From contig NC_068987.1 in assembly GCF_001194135.2 (NCBI RefSeq), positions 19,762,698 to 19,826,697 of the forward strand: 64,000 nucleotides of DNA. Direction: 5' to 3'. The DNA is from Octopus bimaculoides. Lineage: Eukaryota. Below are positions 38,131 through 52,140 of this stretch, one piece after another (the first letter of the stretch is position 1; each line of letters starts with the position of its first letter). The translations under genes were made by a program, and so were the position numbers. The notes beneath the pieces are model-generated. The model was not told where the DNA came from, made no database searches, and saw nothing but the letters and a program-made list of their open reading frames with translations.

Positions 38131-38793
38131 AATAAAGTGCTATAATTATTTTACAAACTAAAAATAAAAAAAAAATACGGTGAAAATATTTGTGAATGGA
38201 TTGAAAACAATTGAAATTCTAATATTGGCTGAATTTACAGTAGGCTCTGAATAGATTCTCTAAAGGAGATAGTCGAAGGAATTGGACAACTGATTATAAA
38301 GTCAACAGTTCATACCATGAACACTCAGTAATGTAATTAATATATCAGCTTTTAATCAATATGCTTAGTTAATCAATCAATCAAGGTTTCATTTATCATA
38401 ACAGACAAATAAGATGATTTAGTCAATTGCTCGAAATTTTGCTGGTAAGTGGTTTTCAAGTTAAGAGATTGGCTCTTGTGATTTCGAGAGAGGAAAGGGG
38501 AAGGATCGGTGTCTTGTTGTGTAGTGTCTGGAAGGATTTAGATTTGACCACTGAATAAAGGCTTAGAACATGCTTAATTATACCATGCCTACAATGCCAA
38601 AGGAAATAAACTGTACTGATACTTGACCTGCTGGAGATAGTAACTAAATCTCTCTCAAGTCACATCTTAGTATCTTAGGAAAGAAGGATACTTTGAATAA
38701 TGTAGTCCTAGGTGCATTGTGATTACAAAATATGTATGTTAGATATGATTAGAATGCATTCTCAATCAGGGATGACCTGGGATTTAACAACAA

Positions 38794-39310
38794 CTAGTGT
38801 TTTGTAACCACTCCGTACCTATCTATAGCGGAGTAGATTGGCTGGGTATGTGCTTGGGAGATCTTAGTTAAGGGATACAAATTGTTGCCACACACCCAGT
38901 CTTTTGGCATGCTAGCTGACCAATACAGGCTACTGATTCCTAATTGATAACCTCTAAACCCAATGATTCCTAATCCAGTTGTAGGAACATCCTGCATAAC
39001 CGTAAATTCGGGATATTATATTGAATATTCCAATTTTTAAAGGAGAAAAGCCACGAAAAAAAAAGAAACAAAGTGGGGTGAGAAACTCCAAATATTTTGT
39101 TTAACTCGTGAAACATTCTAATTGCCTTTAGAGTTTTGGGTTTCTATCAAACTTCCACCCGTGCATACACATAACATTGGAAACTTTGAAATTTCAAATA
39201 ATTCACAACTCATAAATTATCTGTGAATCTTGAGAAAATGTGAATAAGCCATCCACACATCTATCTCTCAATCTGTCTGTCTGTCTATCCATCCTCTCTC
39301 TCTCCCTATC
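38794..39310 (-). mobile_element. Probable non-autonomous Helitron
   Basis: Minus-strand 3' end: hairpin ACTCCG/CGGAGT (38810-38834) 12 nt before CTAG|T. The 5' region has a (GACA)n tract. The 5' TC boundary is uncertain. Confidence 0.5.
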
Positions 39311-39597
39311 ATAGAAACATTATCCAATCTAAGAAGCCAATTAACTTTAGATCCTATCTTCGTTAATGACAGACTAAACTGTCATAAATGCCTAATCAGC
39401 TTGCAGTAGATAAAGCATAACAGTTAATAAAGTTTGGCAAACACTGAGTTTCTCATCTCAGTATATCTGTGTGACTTTGTTAAATGAGTGTATGGGCATA
39501 TACATCACACACACACACACACACACACGTGTGTATGTTTATATTAACACACATACACACATTTCGCTATACTTGTATGTTTATATGTTTCATATAT

Positions 39598-39925
39598 TCT
39601 TTTATTCTTTTGTTTCAGTCATTTGACTGTGGCCATGCTGGAGCACCACCTTTAGTCGAACAAATTGCCCTCAGGACTTATTCTTTGTAAGCTTAGTACT
39701 TATTCTATCGGTCTGTTTTGCCAAACCACTAAGTTACGGGGACATAAACACACCAACATTGGTTGTCAAGCGATGGTGGGGAGGACAAACAGAAACACAC
39801 AAATACATATACATATACACATACGATGGGCTTCTTTCAGTTTCAGTCTACCAAATCCATTCACAAGGCCTTGGTTGGCCCAAGGCTATAGAAGAAAACA
39901 CTTGCCCAAGGTGCCACACAGTGAG
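39598..39925 (-). mobile_element. SINE family A
   Basis: Shared blocks. Confidence 0.8.
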
Positions 39926-39949
39926 ACTATGGTTGTATGTTTATCTATA

Positions 39950-39989
<40 letters not shown>

Positions 39990-40157
39990 GCATGGATGCT
40001 TCCTAAACATAGTTTCAAGCTCAGACTTAGTGTGACAATGTGAGTAAGTGTCTTCTATAGCTTTGAACCTATCAAAACCTTGTGAGTGAATTTCACAGAT
40101 GGAAATGAAAGAAACCTATTGTACATGTGTGTGAGTGTGTACATGTACATATATATA

Positions 40158-40189
<32 letters not shown>

Positions 40190-40832
40190 TTGTAAGTATG
40201 TGTTACTGTCTCCCTGCCTGACATCATATAATAGTGGTAAACAAGTGTCACCACCAAGCAGTGTACTTCATTTCCAGTCTTCAGTGTCTTGGTAATGGAG
40301 AAATATTGCCTTGGCTAGAAACAAGTGAGAGTTAGCAACAGGAAGGGCATTTAGCCATAGAAAACATGCCTCAACAAAATTCCATCTGACCCATGTGGGC
40401 ACAGAAAAGTGGATGTTGTGCATGAACTGTAGCAACATTATACTTGTTCCTCAACATTATAATATCCGTTTCGATGTCTCCTGGGTCACTGATCCAGTGC
40501 TCAAATTCCAAAGTCAAATTTCAACAACAATAAAAAGTAACAAATATAATCCTGTGTATGTGTGTGTGTCTTATAATTATAAAACTTAGTTTAATGCCAC
40601 AATTACCTTGGGTGCCTTTAGAGGGGTCCATTCTGTTTCAAGTCCCTGTTTTAAAGAAAACTGCATATCTTGATATGCTCCTTCCTATTATAGCAACCCG
40701 TGAATTGTGGATTCTGCTCTCTTTCACCAACACCAGCCTTTGAAGCCCTTCTCAAAGAGAGAGAGAAGGAGAGTAAGAACACAGAGAGAGAAAGGTAACT
40801 ACAAGACCAGTATCTTAATATAGTTAATGCTA

Positions 40833-41029
40833 GATAAGGCGGCGAGCTGGCAGAATCGTTAGCACGTCGGGTGAAATGCTTAGTGTTATTTCGTTTATCT
40901 TTATGTTCTGAGTTCAAGTGCCGCCGAGGTTGACTTTGCCTTTCATCCTTTCGGGGTCGATAAATTAAGTAACAGTTGCGTACTGGAGTCGATCTAAAAA
41001 TTTTTGGCCTTGTGCCTAGAGTAGAACAG
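40833..41029 (+). mobile_element. Intact family B SINE with 16-bp TSD
   Basis: TSD AATATAGTTAATGCTA at 40817-40832 and 41030-41045. Confidence 0.9.
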
Positions 41030-42309
41030 AATATAGTTAATGCTAAATTTGAAATGTTGCAAGTGAGTAGTTGAAGAAAAAAAAAAAAAATACTATTTGG
41101 AGAAGTAAGTTCCATAGGGATTCATTTTGCGGATGAAGGATTGGATGAGGAAAACAATATGCGCAGTATAGGATCTTGAGCAATGGACCGAAACTGCATA
41201 GATTTCAGTAGAAATATGAAATGGTAAGGTCATTGAAGCTGAAGTNNNNNNNNNNNNNNNNNNNNNNNNNNNNNNNNNNNNNNNNNNNNNNNNNNNNNNN
41301 NNNNNNNNNNNNNNNNNNNNNNNNNNNNNNNNNNNNNNNNNNNNNNNNNNNNNNNNNNNNNNNNNNNNNNNNNNNNNNNNNNNNNNNNNNNNNNNNNNNN
41401 NNNNNNNNNNNNNNNNNNNNNNNNNNNNNNNNNNNNNNNNNNNNNNNNNNNNNNNNNNNNNNNNNNNNNNNNNNNNNNNNNNNNNNNNNNNNNNNNNNNN
41501 NNNNNNNNNNNNNNNNNNNNNNNNNNNNNNNNNNNNNNNNNNNNNNNNNAGAGAGAGAGAGAGAGAGTGAGAAAGAGAGAGAGAGAGAGAGTGAGAAAGA
41601 GAGAGAGAGTGAGAAAGAGAGAGAGAGTGAGAAAGAGAAAGAGAGTGAGAAAGAGACAGAGAGTGAGAAAGAGGGAGAGCAAGAGAAATAGAAAGTGAGA
41701 AAATGTTAGAGAGAGATTGATAAATAGCAGAAATATCTCGCCATCTAAAAATAACAGATCATTGTTAAAAAAATAAAAACAACTTTTGAGTAAAAATACT
41801 GGAATCAAAGAATATTTAAAAGAATAATAAAAATATAAATGGAAGTTTTATGTTGAAAAATTGTAGCATATAGGACGAAAAAGAAATTATTTCAATTCCT
41901 GAACCATCTTCCATAATTGTATATCACAGTTTTCTCTCTCTTGGCATTTATCTAGTTATGCACCAATTCTTATTCAATTCATATTAAGAGAATAAAGAAA
42001 AGAACACAAACTAGTGGAGCTTTGTTGTAATAGTAGTAGTAGAAGTTCAGCAAAGAGTAATAATTATAAATAAGAAAATAATATTAACAGTAATGTTATA
42101 TATTAAACTTGACAGCTGAACAAGTAGTTCATAGATTTTGTAGCATACAGTTGGCCACATTGAAATAAAACAACTTCTAAGGTATTTTTGTATATCTACT
42201 TTGATTTCTATAATAGTAATAATGGGTAATTCTTTCTACTATAGGCACAAAACCTGAAATTTTGGCAGGATGGGCCTAGTCGATTACATCATCCCAAATA
42301 TGTTGCTTA

Positions 42310-42676
42310 CTCCTGTTTCACTCATTTGATTGCGGCTATGCTGGAGCACCGCCTTTTAGGCGAAGAAATCAACCCCAGGACTTATCCTTTGTAAGCTTGG
42401 TATTTATTTTATCAGCGTCTTTTGCCAAACCACTAAGTTATGGGGATGTAAACACACCAACATTGGTTGTCAAGCGATAATTGGAGGACAAACACAGACA
42501 CAAAAACACACAAATACACACACACACACACATAAATATATATATGACAGGCTTCTTTCAGTTTCGGTCTACCAAATCCACTCAAGGCTTTGGTCAGCCC
42601 AAGGTGCCACACAGTGGGATTAAAACCCGGAACCATATGGTTGGGAAGCAAGCTTCTTACCACATAGCCACTCCTA
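42310..42676 (-). mobile_element. SINE family A
   Basis: Shared blocks. Confidence 0.8.
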
Positions 42677-42684
42677 CTTGTACA

Positions 42685-43340
42685 TTTCTTTTCCATTGAC
42701 CCTAAAAGGGTGAAAGGCAAAGTTGGGTTTGGTGGTATTTGAACTTGTACATGAAGGAGCTGGAAGAAACACTCAAACATTTTGTCAGATGTACTGACAA
42801 TTTCCCCAGTTCACCACCTTAATAATGGTTTCAAATTTTGGCACAAGGCCAGCAGTCTTGGAGAAGTTAAACCGTTTACATCGGCCCCAATGCTCGACTA
42901 GTAATTATTTTATTGATCCTGAAATGATGAAAGGCAAAGTTGACTTCGGTGGAATTTGAACTCAGAACATGAAGACAGATGAAATACTGCTAAGCAGTTC
43001 ACCCGGCGTGCTAACAATTCTGCCAGCTCGTTGCCCTCACCTTAATAATAATAATAATAATAATAATAGTAATAATTATAATAATTCTTTCTAATTTTGG
43101 GCATAATGCCAGCAAATTTTAGAGGGAAGGAGTTAGCTGATTATATTGACTTCAGTACTTGGTTGCTATTTTATTATATTGATGGACCCTGAAAGGATGA
43201 AAGGCTATGTTGACTTTGTTGGTATTTGAACTCAGAACAAAAAGACAGGCAAAATGATGCTAAGCATTTTGTCAGGCATGCTAATGATTCTGCCACAGTT
43301 TGCTGTTTTAATAATTCTTTCTACTATAAGCACAAGGCTT
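42685..43340 (-). mobile_element. Head-to-tail array of 3 or more family B SINEs
   Basis: Units joined by (AAT)n at ~42820, ~43045-43085 and ~43310. Confidence 0.8.
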
Positions 43341-43541
43341 AAAATTTTTGGGAAAGGTGTTGAAGGCTTACACACAGTCATCATCAACCCAATTTTGGTC
43401 ACAAAGCTTGGGTTTATCTGAGGCTTATAGTAAAAGATACTTACCCAAGTATCCCAACACAGTTTGATCCCAACACAGCAGGATCAAACCCAAGACAATG
43501 ATTGTGAAGTAAACTTCATAACTATTTGGCAATGCCTTCAA

Positions 43542-43781
43542 TATATAAAGTCATAAATGACAGAAAAAGAGTTTGATAAAAATTTTATTCAACAGTAAGA
43601 AAATTCAAATATTTTGAAAGATTTTTTTTGCATGAGTGCAGACATAATTCTTTTATCATTAAATATAATAATATAAATTATTCAGATGTTTTTAAGTTAC
43701 ATAACAATTTGTCATATTTGAATTTTCTTATTGTTAAGTAAAATTTCATCAATCTATTTCTATCATTTATGACTTTATATA
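43542..43781. mobile_element. AT-rich foldback-type MITE with ~70-bp imperfect TIRs
   Basis: 43542-43612 versus the reverse complement of 43714-43781 (TATATAAAGTCATAAATGA...AAGAAAATTCAAATAT). Confidence 0.65.
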
Positions 43782-44135
43782 CACCTTATTGTTTTCTCTA
43801 GTATTGTACTATATCTATATCTAAATGTTTTATAGAATGACACATTAAGGATTTATTTTCACAAGTACTACCTGATTACTTGAATCCATATATTGTAACT
43901 TAAATTTATATATATATATAATATAAATAATATATAAATGTATGCATATATGCATATATGGGTACAGGACATTAAAAAAAAAACGTTAAACACGATGAGA
44001 AACGAAAACATAAAAACAAAAACATAGAAAACGAACTTTTCTTAAACAATGAAAAAAACAGAGAAACGAGACATGCAACATAAAAAGTATACCCTTCGTC
44101 AGTTGTCCCTGTTTCATCTACTCTGCGTTTCGAAG

Positions 44136-44220
<85 letters not shown>

Positions 44221-44221
44221 T

Positions 44222-44610
44222 TCATCTTTTACTTGTTCCAGTCATTAGACTGTGGCCATACTGGGGTACTGCCACGAAAGGCCCTTGTCAAACCAATTCA
44301 AGTACTTACGTTTTTTTCTAAAGTCTGGTACTTATTCTATTGATCTCTTTTGCCAGACTACCAAGTTAAGGGAATGTAAACAAACCAACAATGGTTGTCA
44401 AGTGGTGGTGGGTTGACAAACAACACAAAGGAACACGTAGGCAAATTATGTGACGGGCTTCTACAGTTTCCCCTCTACTAAATTCTTTCACATGGCATTG
44501 ATCAGCCTGGGGCTATAGTAGAGGACACTTGCCTCAAGTGTTGTGCAATGGGACTAAACCCCAAATCCTGTGGTTGCAAAGCGAGGTTCTCAACCATGTA
44601 GCTATGCCTC
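44222..44610 (-). mobile_element. Diverged SINE family A
   Basis: Shared blocks. Confidence 0.65.
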
Positions 44611-44729
44611 TGCTTTATTTATTTATTTATATATACATATATATATAAACACACACAAGCATTTCTTTGTGCATGCACACCAAATCACATGCAAACAGAA
44701 CACAATTTCACATGCACACACATACATAC

Positions 44730-44760
<31 letters not shown>

Positions 44761-45010
44761 GAGCAGGAGGGAGAGTGAAAGTGTGCATGCATGCGTGCAT
44801 ATACATGGGTTTGTGCATATCTGAAAGAATAACTTCAGACATTCGAATCTAGCCAATAACTTTTTATTTCCTCTATGTCAAGGCGACATTCCCAGCCCAT
44901 ATAACCTGGTTTGAGGTTAACAGTGACGGTTGGGGGTGAAGGTGTCAGGGAATCACAAATGGTGGAAAGTTAGAACAAGAGATTGGAATTGTCTCTTGCT
45001 GTTCTGTCTC

Positions 45011-45029
<19 letters not shown>

Positions 45030-45041
<12 letters not shown>

Positions 45042-45340
45042 AATAAATAAATAAATATATATATAAATAAATAAATATATATATATATAAATAAATAAAT
45101 ATATATATAAATAAATAAATATATATATAAATAAATAAATATATATATATATATATATATGTATGTATAAATATATATATATATATANNNNNNNNNNAAA
45201 TAAATAAATATATATATAAATAAATAAATATATATATATATAAATAAATAAATATATATATAAATAAATAAATATATATATAAATAAATAAATATATATA
45301 TATATATATATATGTATGTATAAATATATATATATATATA
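45030..45340. repeat. (ATAAATAAATAAATATAT)n AT minisatellite around a 10-N gap
   Basis: Direct reading. Confidence 0.85.
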
Positions 45341-45451
45341 TGTATGTATGTACATGTGTATGTTATATGCACATGTTCTCTCTCATACACATACAAAGTA
45401 TAAGCTCTATCACACATATATATCTCTAAAGACACACATACTCACACATAT

Positions 45452-45492
<41 letters not shown>

Positions 45493-46768
45493 AACTCCAT
45501 GTGTCCGAATGTATATTTCTAGTGCATGCACACATATGGAACAAGCGGAACGCTATTCTTTGATACTGTCTCATATAATGTTATGTTTTACCGTTTCATG
45601 CTTGCATGGATTGGACATGGCTACTCAAGTGCCCGATCTACCAGGCGGAACCGTCACTATATCAATTGTATGGCCACCCCCCACTATTTTCTGGATGAAT
45701 GCCTCTTCCTAACACACTGTGTAGTGTATGTACGTGGAATGGTTAAATAGCATGGGTGGGCATTAATACAACGAGAGAGAGAGAGAGCCAAGAAAAAGAA
45801 ACAAGTATAGCAACGATGCACAAGTGTGCATGCATATACATGTGCATGTGAATATATATTTATGTGTCTACATATACATGCATATATTAGGGCATGTGCA
45901 TATGCAAACATGCTTATATGAGCCTGAGCAAATACATGCTTTTACAATTGAACTGACAATAAGCAACAATATCTCTATGAAGGCCAAATCTAAAAGATTT
46001 ACTACCAGATGTGATTTATTTTTCAAGCAGAGATATTATTCTTTGCTGTTGTTATTTCGTGCCTGGCCACTCCTAGTCTGGAAGGCTTAGGATCAAAAAC
46101 ATTCATACTCTGACCACTTTTTTTTTTCCCGCAAAAAAACAAAAAACAACAATAACAAAAAGTGTTTTTAGGGCTACTTTATCCAATACATTCTTTGTTT
46201 CTTATGATAGGGTGAAATTTTAGGAACATTTGGTTCTGTTTCTGGTTAATAATGCAGCCATGTAGAAACTTTCTTGAAGGAGTTAGTGTTTCGTCTGAGT
46301 TTAGTCTCGAGATTGAACAGAACAATGATCAAAGATCTCCTAGTTATGACCAACAGGTTTTTTTCTAATACAGTGTATCAAAAACTACATTATTCAATGT
46401 CCTTTCCCTATTACAATGATAGGGTGCGATTCGAGAGATTTAGCTACTATTTCTAGCAAGCTCAAAGCCCCCCTCCCCACATAAAAGCAAGCTTCATTGG
46501 CTTCAAAGGGTTTATTTTAGTAAAAAGAGAAGTGGATGCCGTTGATTTACTGTTAGTAAATTACAAGTGTTCATAATATACTCCCTAGTAGGATTTGATC
46601 TCAGGAAATAGATGCAGGAATGGCCGTGAGGGTAAAAAGTTCACTGTGCAACCACATGCCATTAGGCTTAGTTCTTCTATCTTGGGTGTTTCAACCATGG
46701 CCATGGGCCAGCCAATACCATGCAAAGGAATTGGACAGATGGAAACTGCAAGAAACCCAGTGTGTGCA

Positions 46769-46813
<45 letters not shown>

Positions 46814-48282
46814 CAATGTTTATATTCCATGCTTGTCATTATTTGAGCAAAGCAGTGCCCATGTAAACAATCCACACTGATGTTATAACCAGTTGCTCTG
46901 AACTTTTGAAGACCTGTGACATAAATAAATCCTGTAATTAAAAAAACACAGACAAGGAAGGGCATCTGGTTATAAAACTCTGAAATAACACTCCATTTAA
47001 ACCAGGGAAAACCTTTTAGTGCAGCAGGCAAAAGTTTCCAAAAAAAAAGGTTGGTGGGCAGATCTCAAGTTCTATCTCTTATATCTGTAAATCTTGTATA
47101 TATATCTATCTATAAAGATAAGTTTAAGACCTTAAATTAACGCGTAACATTTTCATTAATGCTGCCACTGAATTTAGGATGTCTATATTACTTATGAGGT
47201 AGTCTATATTTTTCAGCTAGAATGTAGTTGGGTCTCAAGGGGGTGGTACAAACCTAGCAATATGTGTTTTATAGTCAAAACAAAATTTCCATTCAAATGG
47301 AAATTACTGGAGGATTTTTCTGTCCGAGTCTATCCATTTTAAGTTGGAGTGAAAACATGACCTATTGTCACAAATAGGCGTATGAATATTGTATAAATTT
47401 TATAATTGAAAAATTTACTATATTTTGTACATACAAGCATACCAGTCCGCGGGTGCAATAAAATGGGCTCATAGGAACAGTTGCACCCGCGGGCGGGGGT
47501 TTCCCCACCCCTGATCTAAACCTATGTGGGCATGGAAAAACAATTATTAAACAAACGACCAACTGGATTAAACTAGGTATCTTAAAGACAACTCTCAACC
47601 AGATTGACAGTTTTTATTGACCCAATAAAAGACACACCAGCTGCTCCAAGTGGCAACCCAACTGTCTACTGAACAACACATGTATAATGTAATCCTAGAT
47701 ATGCAAAGCCCCAGGAAAGGGACAGGGCAGTCACAATTCCAGTACTTTTGATTCAGTCACAGCTGACTCTGGACTAAAACAAACAACAATATGAACAACA
47801 ATACAATGTCAATGTGAGTAATTCACAATTCAGATATTAAATGAAAACAAATATATATGATATTAAAGGAGAAACCTTAAAAATATGGGAGATTAGCAAA
47901 TTCCAAAGGTTACTGGTTTAGGGATTATTTTACAAAAAGATATAACAAAAGGACAAATTAATATTAAGACTATAAAAAGCAAGTGAATGTAGCCTTAGGG
48001 ATTGGATTAAGACTGAATTAGTTAAAACATTCAGAGTTCAAACCTGCTGTTATTAAAAGACTACAAATTGCATCTACAGAAAACACTATCCTTTTAAAAG
48101 CTGGCAAATAAAACAATATTATTTTCTTTTTTTAACCCTTTTAGATCTGAGTCCCTGCGTGTAACTTTACCCTCCACCTGGGCTCTTGAGCAAAAAAATA
48201 ATAGTTGCATATGTAGCTCAAGAGTAATGGCTGCAGGCAAACTAATAGACAGAAGTGGCTGCATCTTTTTCTACACAAGGGG

Positions 48283-48630
48283 TCTACAAACATTGGGACT
48301 CACAGAGGGTATGACAGGGGACCGAGACTCCTGGTGGTTTGCTGTGCTTGAAAAGACACATCAAGCTAAGTGTGGTTGCCCTTACATATGGGCTTGTCCT
48401 TTGCAACTCTCTCCAGTTGAGTATCCCTGATCTTGCAGGCTCGTAAGTGCTGGTGCCACATAAAAAGTACTCACTACACTCTGTAAAGTGGTTGGTGTTA
48501 GGAAGAGCATCCAGCCATAGAAACCATGCCAAAACAGACATGGAGCCTGAACAGCCCTTCAGCTGGTCAGCTCCTATCAAACTATTCAACCCATGCCAGC
48601 ATGGAAAACAAACATTAAATAATGATGTTG
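48283..48630 (+). mobile_element. 5'-truncated RTE-type LINE 3' end
   Basis: QTLGLTEGMTGDRDSWWFAVLEKTHQAK, homologous to the 32100-32200 copy, followed by the same tail motif. Confidence 0.75.
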
Positions 48631-49348
48631 TTGTTCATTACCACTTTACCAGGAATCTAGCAGAGATGACACTTAACTTATTCCCACTATAACAGGAATA
48701 TGGTGCAACAAGGTTAAGGCTTTTCAATTATTCCCAGTTTGTTGAATGGACTTTAAAAGGACCAGACAGAAATTGTTAAGTGTTGAGGACTGAAGGCAAG
48801 AATTCAAAAGGTTAACATGTTTTGTTGTATTCCAAAGCCCGAGTTTAATAATGACTTCAAATTTTGAGTATGTGTGAGCACATGCTTGCGTGCATATGGC
48901 TGTGTTGCAGTTGAACACTTAGTTAAGAGTCTTATTAGCCTTTGGTGATAAGGGAGCAACCTGAATCCTTAAAAGCCTACTCCTTCAATGATTTGTATTT
49001 TATTAGGCTTTGTTACAGGTGGTAACCTGACTGACTGACCAGACATATGATCAATGGCATTAAGGTCATGGTCATCTCGTCATTCTCTCGGACATCGTAT
49101 GTAGGATAATTATTATTCAGCATGGTTCTTCCATTTTGAAAAGGGTTTGTAATTTGAGGGAGATTTGGTTGCTATTTCTCCAAAGTTAAGCAACAATGTA
49201 GAGGCCACCTCATTAGCTCGCTGTAATGCAATGTATACAGCTTAGCATCATTAGAGAAACGGCTGGAATGGGTTTTGTAGGTAAAGAAGGGTGACCTAGA
49301 TTAGACAGACTACAATAAACACCCTTAAACTTACCACCAGATACTTAC

Positions 49349-49495
49349 GTCTAATTTGATGGTGAACAATGCCGAGAAGAACAAACCTTCTTGAACGGTA
49401 ACACCACCACCACCAACAAAATCATCCATCCCCCCTCCAAAGCATGAAATGTAGCCAAATTTCACAGGCCAGTTTTCCACAGTTTTTATCTGGTT
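49349..49495 (-). other. Candidate 147-nt spliced exon, product unknown
   Basis: Pyrimidine tract plus TAG acceptor. GTAAGT donor at 49348-49343, with an alternative at 49334-49329. One frame is open: NQIKTVENWPVKFGYISCFGGGMDDFVGGGGVTVQEGLFFSALFTIKLD. Confidence 0.25.
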
Positions 49496-50194
49496 CTACC
49501 AATAGGAGGAAAAGACGAAAAGAAAAAAAAAAAAANNNNNNNNNNAAAAAAAAAAAAAAAAAAGTAACCATTCAGTCTCTCTTTGCCGAGAAGCTTAAAG
49601 TTAATTAGCATTACATTACAAATTTTACTGAAGGTAACCGTTGTCGAGCTTTGTTAAATATTGGCACAAAATTATTGTATTTTGGCAGTTTTTCGGCAAA
49701 GAAACCAAAACATCAACATCATTATCATCATCATTGGTTTAACCATCAGCCTTTCAATATTATTATTATTTTTTTTTTTCATTCCACTCCTCCCCATGTG
49801 CTGACATAGATTGGACAGGGCAAAATAAGTGAAAGTTTTGGCTAGCTGGAGCATAAAATGGTGATGATGATGATAATTATAAACAGTAGTAAAGTTAATG
49901 TACGTTCTTCATCCCCACTCCATCGAAGGTATTGGGAGCTGGACAAGATAGAAGAAAGTTTTGGCTGCATAGAATATTAAGGGAATCATCATCATCATGT
50001 ATTACAATAATGCCAAAGGAACAGAAGAGACAAACAAAAACCAGAACACAATAGATTTTTGGCTATGCAGAATATTAACTCTTGATATCAACCTGCCTGA
50101 GACTGATCTGAGTCCAGGATACAAACTTCCTGGTTTAAAGTCATTCAAATTTCAGTCTTTGTTTTAATTTATTCGAAGCAGCAGCTTAATAACG

Positions 50195-50580
50195 ATGGGC
50201 ATGAATGACCATGTGGTTAAGAAGCTTGCTTTTGAAACCATTTAGTTTTGGGTTCAATCCCACTGCACAGCACCTTGGGACTGTACCTTCTATAGCCCCC
50301 AGCAGAACAATGCCCTGTGAGTGAATTTGATAGACAGAAACTGTGCTGGAAGCTTCTCATGTATGTATGTGTGTGTGTCTGTGTGCATGTTTGTCCTCCA
50401 CCACTGCTTGACGAAAGGAGTTGATTCATTTACATTCCTGTAACTAAGCAATTTGGAAAATGAAACAATAGAACAAATACCAGACTTAAAAATAAAATAC
50501 TGGAGTTGACTTGTTTGACAAAACCCTTCAAGGCAGTATTACAGTATAGCCACAGGCCTATGACAAACAAGTAAACAATA
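50195..50580 (+). mobile_element. Diverged SINE family A
   Basis: Shared blocks. Confidence 0.65.
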
Positions 50581-50933
50581 AAATACAGCCATAATTCCTT
50601 GTATTTTATGTTACCAAGCCATACTTGCAAGCTAACATGGCCTAGTAACATGTATCATGCTTTTGCTAATAGTTTTAAGTGCTTATATTATTGTGAGTAG
50701 ACAGAGGGCAAAACATCCAAGACATGACTGCTGGAGAGAGGTACTTGTTGGCTGGTACATGTTGTAGCTAAGTAGGCTGGAAGAACATAAAAATCAAGTG
50801 CCTTTGTCAAAGATAATGCGCTGTCTGGTCAAGGAATTGCTTTTAAAATCTTATGATTATGAGGTGAACTCACAAACAAATAGATAAAACCTGTTGTTTT
50901 TGAGGGCTTGCCTTCATTGGGGGAAAGAATGAA

Positions 50934-51036
50934 AACTCCACAAAGAGACAAGCCTTTCCAACTCCACAAAGAGACAAGCCTTTCCAACTCCACAAAGAGA
51001 CAAGCCTTTCCAACTCCACAAAGAGACAAGCCTTTC
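50934..51036. repeat. Perfect 26-bp tandem repeat x4 (AACTCCACAAAGAGACAAGCCTTTCC)
   Basis: Direct reading. Confidence 0.95.
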
Positions 51037-51519
51037 TAGGAATAAAAGAGTGCTTTTCACATTTATATGATTAGCCTTCTTGTGGATATAGGATCACTAA
51101 TCACATACACAGACTAGACTGCACCACAAAAAAGAAAAAGGTGTATGGCTGATAGACAAAATTTTACTTTACTCCCACTACAACTGACCCACAAATGGGT
51201 AATGTCCTCTGACTGTATCCATATAACAGCGCTAATAGTTACTTCTGCTTGTTATCTATGCCAGCTTCACTCAGACTTACTTGATGCACTCACATCTCTC
51301 TCTCACCCTAATGTGTATAACCTACACAGAGCTCAAAACAAGAATATGCATAAGATACAAGACTACTAACTTAAGACAGAGATGGGAGTTCATATCCAGG
51401 ACAACCATGTTACTGTGTCATTGGTTGAGAGAGATGTCATTTCGAAGCCATCTTGCTGTCTCATGGGAGCAAGAGTAACAAGATACTGTGCTAACACCTT
51501 TAGGACAACATCAAATTTT

Positions 51520-52140
51520 CTTTTTTCTAATTTCAGTGCAAGGCCAGCAATTTTTTGCTAAGGGGTCAAGTTGATTATATTCGTTACAGTACTTGACCAG
51601 AATATTATTTTATCAACCTCGAAAGGATGAAAGACAAAATTGACCTCAGTAGCATTTGAACTCAGAATAGAGAGTCAGAAGAAATGCCACTAAACATTTT
51701 GACTCACATGTTAACGATTCTGCCAGCTCACCACCCAAGGCATAAAATAATGGTTTTAAGTTTGGGGGAAGAGGGTAAGTCAATTACATTGACCCCAGTA
51801 GTCAACTGGTGCTGATTTTATTGACCCTGAAAGTATGAAAGGCAAATTCAAACTCAAACTATAAAGACAAATGAAATGCCACTAAACATCTTGCCTGGTA
51901 TGCTAACAATTATTTCTTTATTGCCCACAAGGGGCTAAACATAGAGGGGACAAACAAGGACAGACAAAGGGACTAAGTCGATTACATCGACCCCAGTGCA
52001 TAACTGGTACTTAATTTATCGACCCCGAAAGGATGACAGGCAAAGTCGACCTCAGCGAAATTTGAACTCAGAACATAACGGCAGACGAAATACCACTAAG
52101 AATTTCACCCGGCGGGCTAACGATTCTGCCAGCTCGCCAT
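51520..52140 (-). mobile_element. Array of 3 family B SINEs; the last (51911-52140) is young and intact
   Basis: Shared blocks; CpGs retained in the last copy. Confidence 0.8.

Noticed and set aside
41090-41245. Possible LINE C-terminus (..ESLWNLL) on the minus strand
   Set aside because: The resemblance is too short and the region is cut by a gap.
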